From the IMG/VR virus record IMGVR_UViG_3300027759_000002, positions 1-64,000 of that record: a stretch of 64,000 nucleotides of DNA. One strand, 5' to 3'. Below the pieces are notes generated by a model. The model saw only the letters and a list, made by a program, of their open reading frames with translations, was not told where the DNA came from and did not search any database. Positions within the stretch are counted from its first letter, which is position 1, and each line of letters starts with the position of its first letter. Both the position numbers and the translations under genes were made by a program. Origin of the DNA: a virus. Positions 23,457 to 32,645 of this stretch are shown piece by piece.

Positions 23457-24896
23457 TTAAACAACTCTTGTTGATTGAATAATCAATTGCATGAACGTTG
23501 GTTCATCATTACGCACAGATATTTGACTAGGTCTTAATCCAGTTCTTTCCTGCTTCTGTGAGAGATTGTTTACTGTCTTGTTAATGATAGGTTTCATATC
23601 ATTTGATGCGGCAGGTTTAGGTAAATTCAAATCAGAATTGGTATTTGATAGTGATGAAACGGGTGCAGACTTTGGTATCGCAGGTACAGGTACTGGTTTA
23701 GTTTGTACAGGCGAGGGTATTAATCCACCTTCAGCATCAAATTCCATATTTGCTGGTGCTTGTGGTACGACAGCAGGTTTTTCTGGCATTGTAACAGGTG
23801 AAGATTGATACTTATTTGGTGGCAAAGGTATCAAATTACCTTCAGGATCAAACATCATATCTTCTGGTGCTTCTGGTTCCACTCTTGTTGCAGTTCCTTG
23901 TTCTTTCTTTTTTAGATACTCAGTTTCGTTTTTTATTCTCGCAGCTCTCGCTTCAAGTGCTGCATTTGGTGAAAGTATATCGCCGGCTTGTTCTATAGCT
24001 CTTGCAATACTGGATTCAAACTTTTCAGCTGCATTCATTTTATTCCAGTTTTCTTCATCTTGTTTCTCATCAATTACAATATCAGTTCCGTCTGCATTTT
24101 TTCCAACACCAAGATACTCACGAGCAAGATAATCAGCGCCAAGAATAGCTGTTCCAACCACGGCGGCCGCAGCGACAGTTGGTAACATACGTAAACCAAA
24201 TTTACCAGCCGACAAAAGGCCTTTAGAAATTGGCATGCCTATTCTTTTTGCCATATCAAACATGAATTTTCGCATTTCACCCATCATCTCAGCCAAACCC
24301 TTGATATTATCCCATATGTTGCCAAACATTGAAGTTTTTTCCATTGGTTCAGCAGTCATTTTACCACCAGAATTAATATGTTTCATTAACTTCTGTAGTG
24401 TATCAATCAATTCTTTATGGCGTTTACCTTTTTCCAAGGCAATTTCTTCCTCAGAATTTTTTGCTAATTGTTTTAACTTAATATCTTCTTCACGATTATT
24501 TTGTAGGAAAGAAAATATTTTTGCTAATTGTTGATTGATGCCTTCTGAATCACCGTCACCACCAACTTTCTTTAATCTATCTGCGGTGTTTCTGGTGCCA
24601 ACAACACTTTTAGTACGGCCAGTAAAATAGTCAATATCTTTTTGATTACGACCAGTCATTTTACCAAACAAAGCGGGACCAAATCTGGATCCCATAGTCA
24701 TAAATCTTATGATATTCAAAGGATCAAATTTCTCTTTAATGCCTTTAATTCTAGCCTGACCTTTCATCGAAATGGTTTTACCAACAGCACCAAGTACACT
24801 TCTATCGCTTTGTGCTAGTTGGTCAAGCAATATGTCGGAAAATTTTGCTTTTCTGACACTTCTAGCCTGTTGATAATTTAGTTTATTATCTGCCAT
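23457..24896 (-). CDS. putative baseplate hub/tape-measure-like virion protein
   Basis: 479 aa helical protein with a Pro-rich C-terminal region, downstream of gp26/gp51 in the position of T4-like hub/tape-measure genes. Confidence 0.55.
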   Translation of the reverse strand: MADNKLNYQQARSVRKAKFSDILLDQLAQSDRSVLGAVGKTISMKGQARIKGIKEKFDPLNIIRFMTMGSRFGPALFGKMTGRNQKDIDYFTGRTKSVVGTRNTADRLKKVGGDGDSEGINQQLAKIFSFLQNNREEDIKLKQLAKNSEEEIALEKGKRHKELIDTLQKLMKHINSGGKMTAEPMEKTSMFGNIWDNIKGLAEMMGEMRKFMFDMAKRIGMPISKGLLSAGKFGLRMLPTVAAAAVVGTAILGADYLAREYLGVGKNADGTDIVIDEKQDEENWNKMNAAEKFESSIARAIEQAGDILSPNAALEARAARIKNETEYLKKKEQGTATRVEPEAPEDMMFDPEGNLIPLPPNKYQSSPVTMPEKPAVVPQAPANMEFDAEGGLIPSPVQTKPVPVPAIPKSAPVSSLSNTNSDLNLPKPAASNDMKPIINKTVNNLSQKQERTGLRPSQISVRNDEPTFMQLIIQSTRVV

Positions 24897-24899
24897 TTT

Positions 24900-26648
24900 T
24901 TACTTTCTTTGGTGTGCTGGTCTATCATCAACCTTTGATGTGTTTGATGATTCGTTTGAATTATTTACATTAGTTGTATTTTGTTGTATGTTTATTGGCG
25001 CAGGAGTATCCTGTTTCTTCATATCTTTATTATCTACAGAAGAATTATTAATTGTAACTCCTGTATTATTTGCTGGTGCTGATTGTGTGGTACTAGATTT
25101 ATTTAATTTTTGAGCTCGGTCATAATCCAAAGCATCACCAACGGCTTCAGGTGGATTATGTGCTGCATTAAATCCACCTGGCGTTTTATAAAAAGTTTCT
25201 CCTTTTTTTAAATCAACGTGTGGTAATGTATTTTTAAATAAACTTTTTGCTTTTATATCATAAGGAACACCAACAGATGCAAATTCCATTGCAAGTGCTA
25301 GTATAGCAGCATCTCTTGTTGCTCCTTCTTTTCCGTTAATATAATCATCAACTGCAAATCGACCTCCACCACCTTTGGTAGTTAGACCCTTTGCAAACAA
25401 CATATCTTGTATTTCTGGTGTTAAATATGTTTTATCAGGATCAAGTTTTAATTTTTCAGCCATGACTTTCATTGTACCAGGAATAAGTTGATATTTACCA
25501 ACAGCAAATAATACATTTGGATCAGATGCATCTAATTTGCCACCAGCATCTAATTTTTTATTTGTTCTTTTCAAATAATCAGCGATTGTCATTTTACTAA
25601 AATCTATATTATTTGATTTTAGATATGCACCTTCGTTCTTCTTGGCAAGAAAATAATCACCTCTATTATATGCATTATAACCTTTATCTCCAGATTCATA
25701 CTTTGAAATGTTGGTAGCTAAAGCTTCTCTGCCTGAAAGTATTCCAATAACGGCCGCACCAGCACCAATCTTTTCTGCTGTAGAAACAGCCGACTTAGGT
25801 GGTGTAGGAGGTTTCTGAGTTGCAGTAGAGGGTTTAACCGGTTCTGCATCTTTCTTTAATTTTTCAGATTTAGCTTTCTCCGCAGCCTCACGTTTTAATT
25901 TTTCTTGTTCCTCTTTCTTTAATTTTTCTGCTGTTTCTTTCTTAGCCTTTTCCTCAGCAGCTTTCTTAGCCTTTTCTTCAGCAGCTTTCTTAGCCTTTTC
26001 CTCAGCTTCTTTTTTGGCTTTGGTTTCAGCAGCTTTTTTGGCTGCCTCTTGAGCATCTTTTTTAGCCTTTTCTTCAGCAGCTTTTTTAACTCCGTCATCA
26101 ACTTCTCTTTTGGCTTTTTCAGCTGGTTTAGCTGGCTCTGCTGGTTTCTTTGCAGGTTCAGCTGGTTTAGATGGCTCTGCTGGTTTCTTTGCAGGTTCAG
26201 CTGGTTTAGATGGCTCTGCTGGTTTCTTAGGTGGTTCACCAGTTTTCTTAGGCGGTTCTTTGGCCTTTTCTTCTGCCTTCTTCTCACGGCGTATAACTGC
26301 TTTAGGTTTCGGTCTTCTACGTATAGTCAAGGCCTTGACTATTTCAGAGTGTCTTTTTTGTTCCTCAGAATCTTCTTCCTCTCTAAAGTTAACCTGTTGT
26401 TCACGTTCTAATTTTATATCAACACTGTTTTGCACCATCAATTTATAAATTTCACCGAGATATTCGGCGTTAGACATTGAATCGGTGTCAGTTATCTTTT
26501 CTGTTGAACCAAATTTTTTGTGCAGAATATCACCAATTTTATTGACAGACCTTTTTAAAAATCCAGCCGATTGTTTAGTTTTTTCAGACGCAACAGGGCT
26601 TGACGATTTATCGCCTGTGCCTTCTTTTTTATTTCCGAATAACTTCAT
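24900..26648 (-). CDS. tape-measure/hub-like protein with lysozyme-like muralytic domain
   Basis: Lys/Ala/Glu/Pro repeat linker, then ISKYESG..GYNAYN...AVGKYQLIPGT...QDML, a lysozyme-superfamily E...YQ pattern. Confidence 0.65.
   Translation of the reverse strand: MKLFGNKKEGTGDKSSSPVASEKTKQSAGFLKRSVNKIGDILHKKFGSTEKITDTDSMSNAEYLGEIYKLMVQNSVDIKLEREQQVNFREEEDSEEQKRHSEIVKALTIRRRPKPKAVIRREKKAEEKAKEPPKKTGEPPKKPAEPSKPAEPAKKPAEPSKPAEPAKKPAEPAKPAEKAKREVDDGVKKAAEEKAKKDAQEAAKKAAETKAKKEAEEKAKKAAEEKAKKAAEEKAKKETAEKLKKEEQEKLKREAAEKAKSEKLKKDAEPVKPSTATQKPPTPPKSAVSTAEKIGAGAAVIGILSGREALATNISKYESGDKGYNAYNRGDYFLAKKNEGAYLKSNNIDFSKMTIADYLKRTNKKLDAGGKLDASDPNVLFAVGKYQLIPGTMKVMAEKLKLDPDKTYLTPEIQDMLFAKGLTTKGGGGRFAVDDYINGKEGATRDAAILALAMEFASVGVPYDIKAKSLFKNTLPHVDLKKGETFYKTPGGFNAAHNPPEAVGDALDYDRAQKLNKSSTTQSAPANNTGVTINNSSVDNKDMKKQDTPAPINIQQNTTNVNNSNESSNTSKVDDRPAHQRK
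25938..26228 (-). repeat. coding tandem repeats (39-nt x about 3; 24-nt x about 3)
   Basis: 39-nt unit at 26118-26228 encodes PAEPSKPAEPAKK-type repeats; 24-nt unit from 25938 encodes AAEEKAKK. Confidence 0.9.
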
Positions 26649-26842
26649 TTATTTCTTTGTCGTTCTTTTAGTTTTTGGTTTTCTTCTTCCAAATATTGAA
26701 TCAACATGGCGACATAGATATCTCGTTCCCAAGGTATCATATTTTCAAGTTCGGTAAGACTATACTTATGGTGTTGCATCAAAGAAAAGTTAGTCTTGTA
26801 GTAATTTTTTAAATCATCATAACAAAGTATTAGCCGAAAAAA
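26645..26842 (-). CDS. gp51: gp51-like baseplate hub assembly catalyst; lacks a convincing start, probably the -1 frameshift extension of gp26
   Basis: NYYKTNFSLMQHHKYSLTELENMIPWERDIYV motif; frame is entered by -1 slip at T TTT TTC (26836-26842). Confidence 0.75.
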   Translation of the reverse strand, partial: FFRLILCYDDLKNYYKTNFSLMQHHKYSLTELENMIPWERDIYVAMLIQYLEEENQKLKERQRNK

Positions 26843-27555
26843 CTTTCGAGCCCTTCCACATCCAAGTGGTGTTCGAAACCACATTTGGAACAAGTCATAT
26901 CAATTTTCTTAGATAGTTTAGGAATACTATTAAAGAATTTCTCCAGTTTCTCAAACTGTTCTTGGTTCAATTGTTCGATAAACTCAACCAATTCTTGCAC
27001 AGGAACTTCTTTTGCATAGTGAAATTGTTCGCCATCATAAACATATTCAATTGACTGTGCCAACATATTGAAGGTAACTTCTGTGATGTTATCCATATCA
27101 ATAGAATCTTTAACCAACTTAAATGGTGGATATTTCATCTTGATGGTGATTGTGTCGGTCAATTTAATTTCCGGATCCACATATTCTTCTTGTACTGGTT
27201 GTATTTCAGTCAAATCAATCTTGGCTTCCATAATGTTGCCACAGACTTTATCATCGACTTCATTGTTGCAACGGTACTTTGATTCAGAGATTTCACTGAC
27301 CGATTTTGCTCTCAACTGTAGGAAATAATATTCAATATCTACAATCGGCAATTCATCAATGTCTACATCTTTAGACAAAGTACATACAGTCAAAATTTCT
27401 CTGACATTATGTTGAATTGTTTTTGCATCAGAAGATTCTAAGGCCATCATCAAGGCCTTTTGTTCTTTGACTAAATACGGTCTGTATTTAATTTTCTTTT
27501 TAGAAAGTGGTAATTCCAGTTCATATGTTGGCACTTCAAGTTTTGGTAAAGCCAT
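26830..27555 (-). CDS. gp26: gp26-like baseplate hub subunit/assembly chaperone
   Basis: MALPKLEVPTYELELP, RPYLVKEQK, DIEYYFLQLRAKSV, CxxC pairs and terminal EGLESFFG. Confidence 0.88.
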   Translation of the reverse strand: MALPKLEVPTYELELPLSKKKIKYRPYLVKEQKALMMALESSDAKTIQHNVREILTVCTLSKDVDIDELPIVDIEYYFLQLRAKSVSEISESKYRCNNEVDDKVCGNIMEAKIDLTEIQPVQEEYVDPEIKLTDTITIKMKYPPFKLVKDSIDMDNITEVTFNMLAQSIEYVYDGEQFHYAKEVPVQELVEFIEQLNQEQFEKLEKFFNSIPKLSKKIDMTCSKCGFEHHLDVEGLESFFG

Positions 27556-27569
27556 AATAACTCCTTAGT

Positions 27570-28241
27570 TCATTCATTAAAATTTATTGGTGATGATATT
27601 GAATCTGCTATGCCACTAAATCCACTTGAAACAGCATTTCCAATAGAACCACCTAATCCACCTATTCCACTTGCAATAGAATCTAAACCTGCATCCAAAA
27701 GGTCCATACCGAAAGCTTGTAGAGACAAATTTTTCCAATATGTGTATGCAAATGTTACTGTCAGTTTATGATATCCATCTCCGTTCCAATCTAAATCCAA
27801 CTGATTCATAGAAACTGGATATGCATCCATCAAACTGACGGTATATGTTTTTTCATTTGAAACGTTGTATTGATTGATTGTCAAAGTTGTTGCGTAATTT
27901 TCTTTGTAACGCATATTGTAATTGTATGTTGGATTGATGTAATTCAACCAACCATCAAAAAGCAATCTCTGTTGCATGTCATCATCAACAATGAATGTCA
28001 AATCAATATCATTGTATGTTGTAAGATATGGATGTTTTTCTACTGGACCATAAGTCTTTTGATCCGTGGTTGCAAATGTTCTGCCAGGTAAATTTGCAAC
28101 CTCACATCTGTAATTGAGTCTACGAGCAGACTTTATATATGGAACCAAAGTTAATGGTAGAGGTATTTCAACATCGAACCTACTGGTTCTAGCCAAATCA
28201 CCAGAAAAACTTGATTTAAAATCGTTGAGTGTGCGTGCCAT
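27570..28241 (-). CDS. tail-tube family protein (gp19/gp54-like tube initiator)
   Basis: LARTSRFDV, RCEVANLPG, DLTFIVD, DAYPVSMNQLDL and LTVTFAYTYW. Confidence 0.8.
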   Translation of the reverse strand: MARTLNDFKSSFSGDLARTSRFDVEIPLPLTLVPYIKSARRLNYRCEVANLPGRTFATTDQKTYGPVEKHPYLTTYNDIDLTFIVDDDMQQRLLFDGWLNYINPTYNYNMRYKENYATTLTINQYNVSNEKTYTVSLMDAYPVSMNQLDLDWNGDGYHKLTVTFAYTYWKNLSLQAFGMDLLDAGLDSIASGIGGLGGSIGNAVSSGFSGIADSISSPINFNE

Positions 28242-28859
28242 TTAAGAATTCCTTATTTCTTGGACCGAATCTTTCCAGACTTCTTGTGGTTTTGCCTTTT
28301 TGAACTGATGAATTGGTAAATATGTTGCAATATCCCATTCGTTAGGTTCTACAGCCAGAATTCTGGATTTTATATGACTGTATAGGTAGTGTTTGATGCA
28401 AGGTCTGAATTCTTTTAACCTGGAAGAAGCCTCCAGGATTTGATAGGTGATACGGATTCGCTTTATTTCATCATTCTCATCATAGATTGCGAAATTCAAT
28501 AACTTACGCAGGAAAAGAACCCTATACTTTAACGGCAAATAATGTAGATTTAACCCAATAAACCCATCTGATTGTCTTTTAAGTGGCAATACCAGTGGAA
28601 ATCTGTCATAATATGGTAAATCTGCCTTACCTTTTGGATCATACACAAAATAATACATACCACCCATTAAAAATTTCTGTCTGTCTCCTGGTCTTGTCCA
28701 TCTATTTTGTTCTTTTGTAATTGGAACAGATAAACGTGTTGGATTTCTAAGCGCTGCAACTTTTTGCAACAACCAACGCAAAGATTCACGGCTCATCGTT
28801 GGATATTGAGCCGCTATCTTTTCTTCTGATAATGTGGTGAGTATGGATTTTGTCGTCAT
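28242..28859 (-). CDS. gp2: DNA end protector protein gp2
   Basis: YFVYDPKGK..LPYYDRFPLV, GLNLHYLP and CIKHYL; likely start ATG at 28859. Confidence 0.85.
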   Translation of the reverse strand: MTTKSILTTLSEEKIAAQYPTMSRESLRWLLQKVAALRNPTRLSVPITKEQNRWTRPGDRQKFLMGGMYYFVYDPKGKADLPYYDRFPLVLPLKRQSDGFIGLNLHYLPLKYRVLFLRKLLNFAIYDENDEIKRIRITYQILEASSRLKEFRPCIKHYLYSHIKSRILAVEPNEWDIATYLPIHQFKKAKPQEVWKDSVQEIRNS

Positions 28860-28870
28860 TGGATATTTAG

Positions 28871-29305
28871 TTACAGTCCAAGATGGTCTTCCGTTATTAA
28901 CTTGAACTCCCAACCTCTATCCAAACAATATTCTGTTGCAGCCTTCCATTTGGCTTGATTGACACCCCATGTGACAACCTCTTGTATGTATTGTTTCGTA
29001 ACACGTTTCTTTTTTTCTGGTTCCATTGTTTGATATTTTGGTTTTACTTCAAGCATCATCGTTCTTGTTTGCCCATTTTTGTCTTTAACTTTAACAACAA
29101 AGTCTGGAAAGTATCGGTGCATACGATTATCAACTGGTGATTTGTATGGAATTATTAATTCTTCTGAGGCCCAAGACACAATACTTGGATTTTTGTCGAG
29201 CCAATTCATCACTCGACATTCCCATGATGAGCGATATATAATGTTTTTGTGGTCTCCCATGTATTTTTGGGGATTTGAGGGTCGAAACGTTCCTGAATAT
29301 GCCAT
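28871..29305 (-). CDS. gp4: head completion nuclease gp4
   Basis: YSGTFRPSNPQKY, YRSSWE, WASEE, HRYFPDF, EVKP and NQAKWKAA. Confidence 0.92.
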   Translation of the reverse strand: MAYSGTFRPSNPQKYMGDHKNIIYRSSWECRVMNWLDKNPSIVSWASEELIIPYKSPVDNRMHRYFPDFVVKVKDKNGQTRTMMLEVKPKYQTMEPEKKKRVTKQYIQEVVTWGVNQAKWKAATEYCLDRGWEFKLITEDHLGL

Positions 29306-29310
29306 AAATA
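29303..29310 (+). promoter_or_regulatory. late promoter-like motif (CATAAATA) upstream of gp48
   Basis: NATAAATA at the start of the divergent structural block. Confidence 0.6.
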
Positions 29311-29340
29311 CTATATATCACTCTTTCAGAAAACAAAACG

Positions 29341-30381
29341 ATGGCACTTATTTCAATACCAACATCAATTGGCGGGATTAATATACCAGGTGGATTACTA
29401 GGCGGTCCACTTGGATCATTGTATGAAAGTGGAGGACTGGACTTTGTACAATATCCAAGAGACTTAGGTAGTTCTACGAAATCACATTCAGTATTCTTTA
29501 CAATCGAAGAAGTGAAAGAAATTGGTTTAGAAGGTATATATGTTTTGAATAGAGATTTTGTAGACATGGGATTTGATGCCGCTGGCGAAGGTCTAGATGC
29601 AATTAACGGTATCTCGGCCGATTCATTAAGCAGCACATGGAGTAGTTTCACATCAACCGTTTCAGACGGCGTAACAAAAGTTGTTGATGATCCTAGAGGA
29701 GCCGCAACCGGCACATTAAACGCAGGTTTTGGAGCACTTGATAGTTTAGCTGGAAAAATTGCTGGTGTCACAAACTTTTTTAGTGAGAAAAAAGGAACAC
29801 CAGTCGGTTACATATCTTTATACATGCCAGAAAATTTCTCTTTGAGTTCTGGTGCATCTTATGATGATAGTACAACATTAGCATCAGCTGCCGGTGCAAT
29901 ACCACTTTTGGGTAGGGTTGTTAGTAAATTTACAGATGTGGTAAACAACGATGCATCAAAAGTTATATTGAACAAAGCTGGTTACGTTTTTAATCCCCAA
30001 AAACAAATGTTGTTTCAAGGTATCGACTTCAGAACATTTGATATGTCATTCACATTTACACCATATTCAGCAAGAGAAGCTGAAGATGTTAAACAAATTA
30101 TAAAAATGTTTAGAAAGTGGGCTGCGCCAGCTGCATCAACTGCTTTTGCAGGTATGTTTTGGGTGCCACCCGCTTATTTTAACATTGATTTTCGTTTCCA
30201 AGGCAAAACAAATACAAATCTCCCAAGATTACAAAAATGTGTAATTGAATCAATTGATGTAAACTATGCACCAAATGGATGGACAGCACATACAGATGGT
30301 GCACCGGTACAAAGTATTGTGAACATCACATTTAAAGAAATTATCTTGGTTGACAGAGCATCAATCGAGGCAGGATACTAA
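29341..30381 (+). CDS. gp48: baseplate tail-tube cap gp48
   Basis: ISLYMP, NPQKQMLFQGIDFRTFDMSFTFTP..EAEDVKQIIKMFR and CVIESIDVNY. Confidence 0.85.
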   Translation: MALISIPTSIGGINIPGGLLGGPLGSLYESGGLDFVQYPRDLGSSTKSHSVFFTIEEVKEIGLEGIYVLNRDFVDMGFDAAGEGLDAINGISADSLSSTWSSFTSTVSDGVTKVVDDPRGAATGTLNAGFGALDSLAGKIAGVTNFFSEKKGTPVGYISLYMPENFSLSSGASYDDSTTLASAAGAIPLLGRVVSKFTDVVNNDASKVILNKAGYVFNPQKQMLFQGIDFRTFDMSFTFTPYSAREAEDVKQIIKMFRKWAAPAASTAFAGMFWVPPAYFNIDFRFQGKTNTNLPRLQKCVIESIDVNYAPNGWTAHTDGAPVQSIVNITFKEIILVDRASIEAGY

Positions 30382-30977
30382 TGCAATACTTTAATTCTTT
30401 ACCAAAAATAAGATATGTGGACAAAAACAATGTTACCACAATCTATACAAATTTAATGGCAAGAGCAAGTGTAATACCAAGTGTATTAAATAATGCTCTA
30501 GTTTATTATAATTATGATGTACAAGACGGTGATACTCCTGAAATTATTGCTTACAAATATTATGGAGATGTTAATCGTTTTTGGATTGTTTTATATTGTA
30601 ACCAATTAAATGATCCACAATGGGACTGGCCATTAAATTCAAATAAATTTCAAAAATATATTTTAAACAAATATAATACTGGTAATTTAAATTCTACACA
30701 TCATTATGAAAGAATTACCACAAAAACAAATATAAACACAAACACAACAACTGTTGATACCGAAACAATTTCACAAGAAGTTTATAACAGCTTGCAATCT
30801 AGTACGACAACAACATATACATTGGGTTCAGAAACAATTAGAGTAAATGTTGTAAAAAGTGTAGTTACAAATTATGAATATGAAAATTCTTTAAACGAGT
30901 CAAAAAGAAATATAAAAATATTAAATAAAGCATATGCGGATAAACTAGAGTCGCAATTTTTGGAATTGATGAAGTAA
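30381..30977 (+). CDS. gp53: baseplate wedge subunit gp53
   Basis: MQYFNSLP, DGDTPEIIAYKYYGD..RFWIV and DPQWDWPL; NESKRNIKIL. Confidence 0.88.
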   Translation: MQYFNSLPKIRYVDKNNVTTIYTNLMARASVIPSVLNNALVYYNYDVQDGDTPEIIAYKYYGDVNRFWIVLYCNQLNDPQWDWPLNSNKFQKYILNKYNTGNLNSTHHYERITTKTNINTNTTTVDTETISQEVYNSLQSSTTTTYTLGSETIRVNVVKSVVTNYEYENSLNESKRNIKILNKAYADKLESQFLELMK

Positions 30978-30978
30978 T

Positions 30979-32328
30979 ATGGCTGAAGATAATAGCGCAC
31001 CAGCTGGCGGACCAAGATATGCACAAGACTTCAACTTGGAAGCAGTGGATATTATTACCGATTATGGCGACACCTTTAAATTAAAACACCTAGTTGTTGA
31101 GTTGTCTTTTTTCGAAGACATATACTCTTTTGCTTGTTCTGGTAATGTTGTTTTACGTGATGCTGTTGGTATTATTGAAAAACTCAGATTAGATGGTTCA
31201 GAATTTATTGAGATTATCTACGGAAAATCAAAAAAACAATCAGCAGAATATAAAAATTCAAGAAAATATAGATTATATAAGGTCGGTAACAGAAAACCAG
31301 CTGGCAATAAAAACTCTGAATTTTTTACAATGTATTTTTCATCGGAAGAATTGTTTTTGTCTGAACAACTGAAGGTTTCAAAATCTTTCAAAGGAACGGT
31401 AATATCCGATATTGTAAGTAGTTTACTTTTGGATGAATTCAATGGATTAAAAGTTAATCCTAAAAAAGTCAAATACATACAACAAACATATGGTGTTTAT
31501 GATTTTGTTATACCTAGATTGAAACCATTTGAAGCAATAAGTTGGTTATCAACATACGCAAGGCCAGATATTAATGGCGGCGCAGATATGTTATTCTATG
31601 AAACAAACGATGGATTTTACTTTCAGTCAATACAATCAATGTTTGCGGATACTCCTTATGCAACATACAAATATCAACCATCAGACTTGAATTATAGTAA
31701 CAGAGCTGAAAATATGTTTAACATTCTAGATTATGAATTCATAAAAACATATGACACCTTAGAAGCAACAAATTCTGGTATGTATGCCAACAGGTTAATT
31801 TCAATTGATCCAATTAAAAGAACAAAGACAGTTACAAATTTTAGTAAAGATGAATTGGGATATACACAATCAGGTTCAGCAGTCAATAGATTCGGTAAAC
31901 ACCAAACACAGATGTATGAAAGTTCTTTGAAACTGGCATTTAGTAATGCAAATCAAATCGACCAAGAATATATAAGTCAAAAACCGGATGGTGTGGCCAA
32001 AGACATATACATAGAGACATACGTGCCTAATAGAACCGCACAAATTGCCTTGTCAAATTACACGGTGATGAAGGCAATAATACCTGGAGACAGTAGTATA
32101 ACAGCAGGAAGAACAGTTAACATCTTGTTATATTCTTTAGGTATGGAAGGCACACCGACAGCAGCCACAAGAGAAAAAGATGAATATTTTTCTGGCATAT
32201 ATCTTGTAACTGCTGTTAGGCATATTATACAAACACAAGGTACATATCAAACTGTTTTGGAATTAGCAAAAGAAAATACAAAATTGAAATATCCAGACCA
32301 ATCATATTTGGGAGCAGTGAATGAATAA
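30979..32328 (+). CDS. putative baseplate hub protein (gp27-like)
   Basis: Lies between gp53 and gp5; FFEDIY, PFEAISWL, FYETNDGFYF and IPGDSSITAG...VTAVRH patterns. Confidence 0.55.
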   Translation: MAEDNSAPAGGPRYAQDFNLEAVDIITDYGDTFKLKHLVVELSFFEDIYSFACSGNVVLRDAVGIIEKLRLDGSEFIEIIYGKSKKQSAEYKNSRKYRLYKVGNRKPAGNKNSEFFTMYFSSEELFLSEQLKVSKSFKGTVISDIVSSLLLDEFNGLKVNPKKVKYIQQTYGVYDFVIPRLKPFEAISWLSTYARPDINGGADMLFYETNDGFYFQSIQSMFADTPYATYKYQPSDLNYSNRAENMFNILDYEFIKTYDTLEATNSGMYANRLISIDPIKRTKTVTNFSKDELGYTQSGSAVNRFGKHQTQMYESSLKLAFSNANQIDQEYISQKPDGVAKDIYIETYVPNRTAQIALSNYTVMKAIIPGDSSITAGRTVNILLYSLGMEGTPTAATREKDEYFSGIYLVTAVRHIIQTQGTYQTVLELAKENTKLKYPDQSYLGAVNE

Positions 32329-32644
32329 TAATTTTATAGGTAAAGATGGATTTATTTGGTGGGTCGGTATCAATGAATTCAGGGGTGATCCATTAGGTCT
32401 AGGTCGATGCAAAGTTAGAATTTTTGGTTGGCATACAGATAATAAGATAGATTTACCAACGGAAGATTTACCTTGGGCTTTGCCGATGTATCCAATCAAT
32501 AATTCAAAATCTTTTTCAGCACCTATGTTAGATGAATGGATTGTAGGTTTCTTCATGGATGGAGATTCCGGTCAAGCACCAGTAATGATGGGTGTATTAC
32601 CTGGTTTAGAAAAAGAACCAGACCAAACAACACAAGAGATATAA
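32321..32644 (+). CDS. gp5: gp5 N-terminal OB-fold domain as a stand-alone ORF
   Basis: FIWWVG, DPLGLGRCKVRIFGWH, LPWALPM and VGFFMDG...PVMMG. Confidence 0.82.
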   Translation: MNNNFIGKDGFIWWVGINEFRGDPLGLGRCKVRIFGWHTDNKIDLPTEDLPWALPMYPINNSKSFSAPMLDEWIVGFFMDGDSGQAPVMMGVLPGLEKEPDQTTQEI

Positions 32645-32645
32645 T

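Noticed and set aside
26645-26893. gp51 starting at the ORF-track ATG 26893
   Set aside because: The start lies 64 nt inside gp26 and adds a non-family-like N-terminus; a frameshift entry explains the frame better.
29130-29771. Long antisense/alternate-frame ORFs (e.g. 29130-29771, 32675-33127, 51062-51514, 52919-53314 and many others)
   Set aside because: They lie opposite or inside well-supported genes and reflect the codon bias of Ala/Thr/Asn-rich proteins, with no SD or family motifs.
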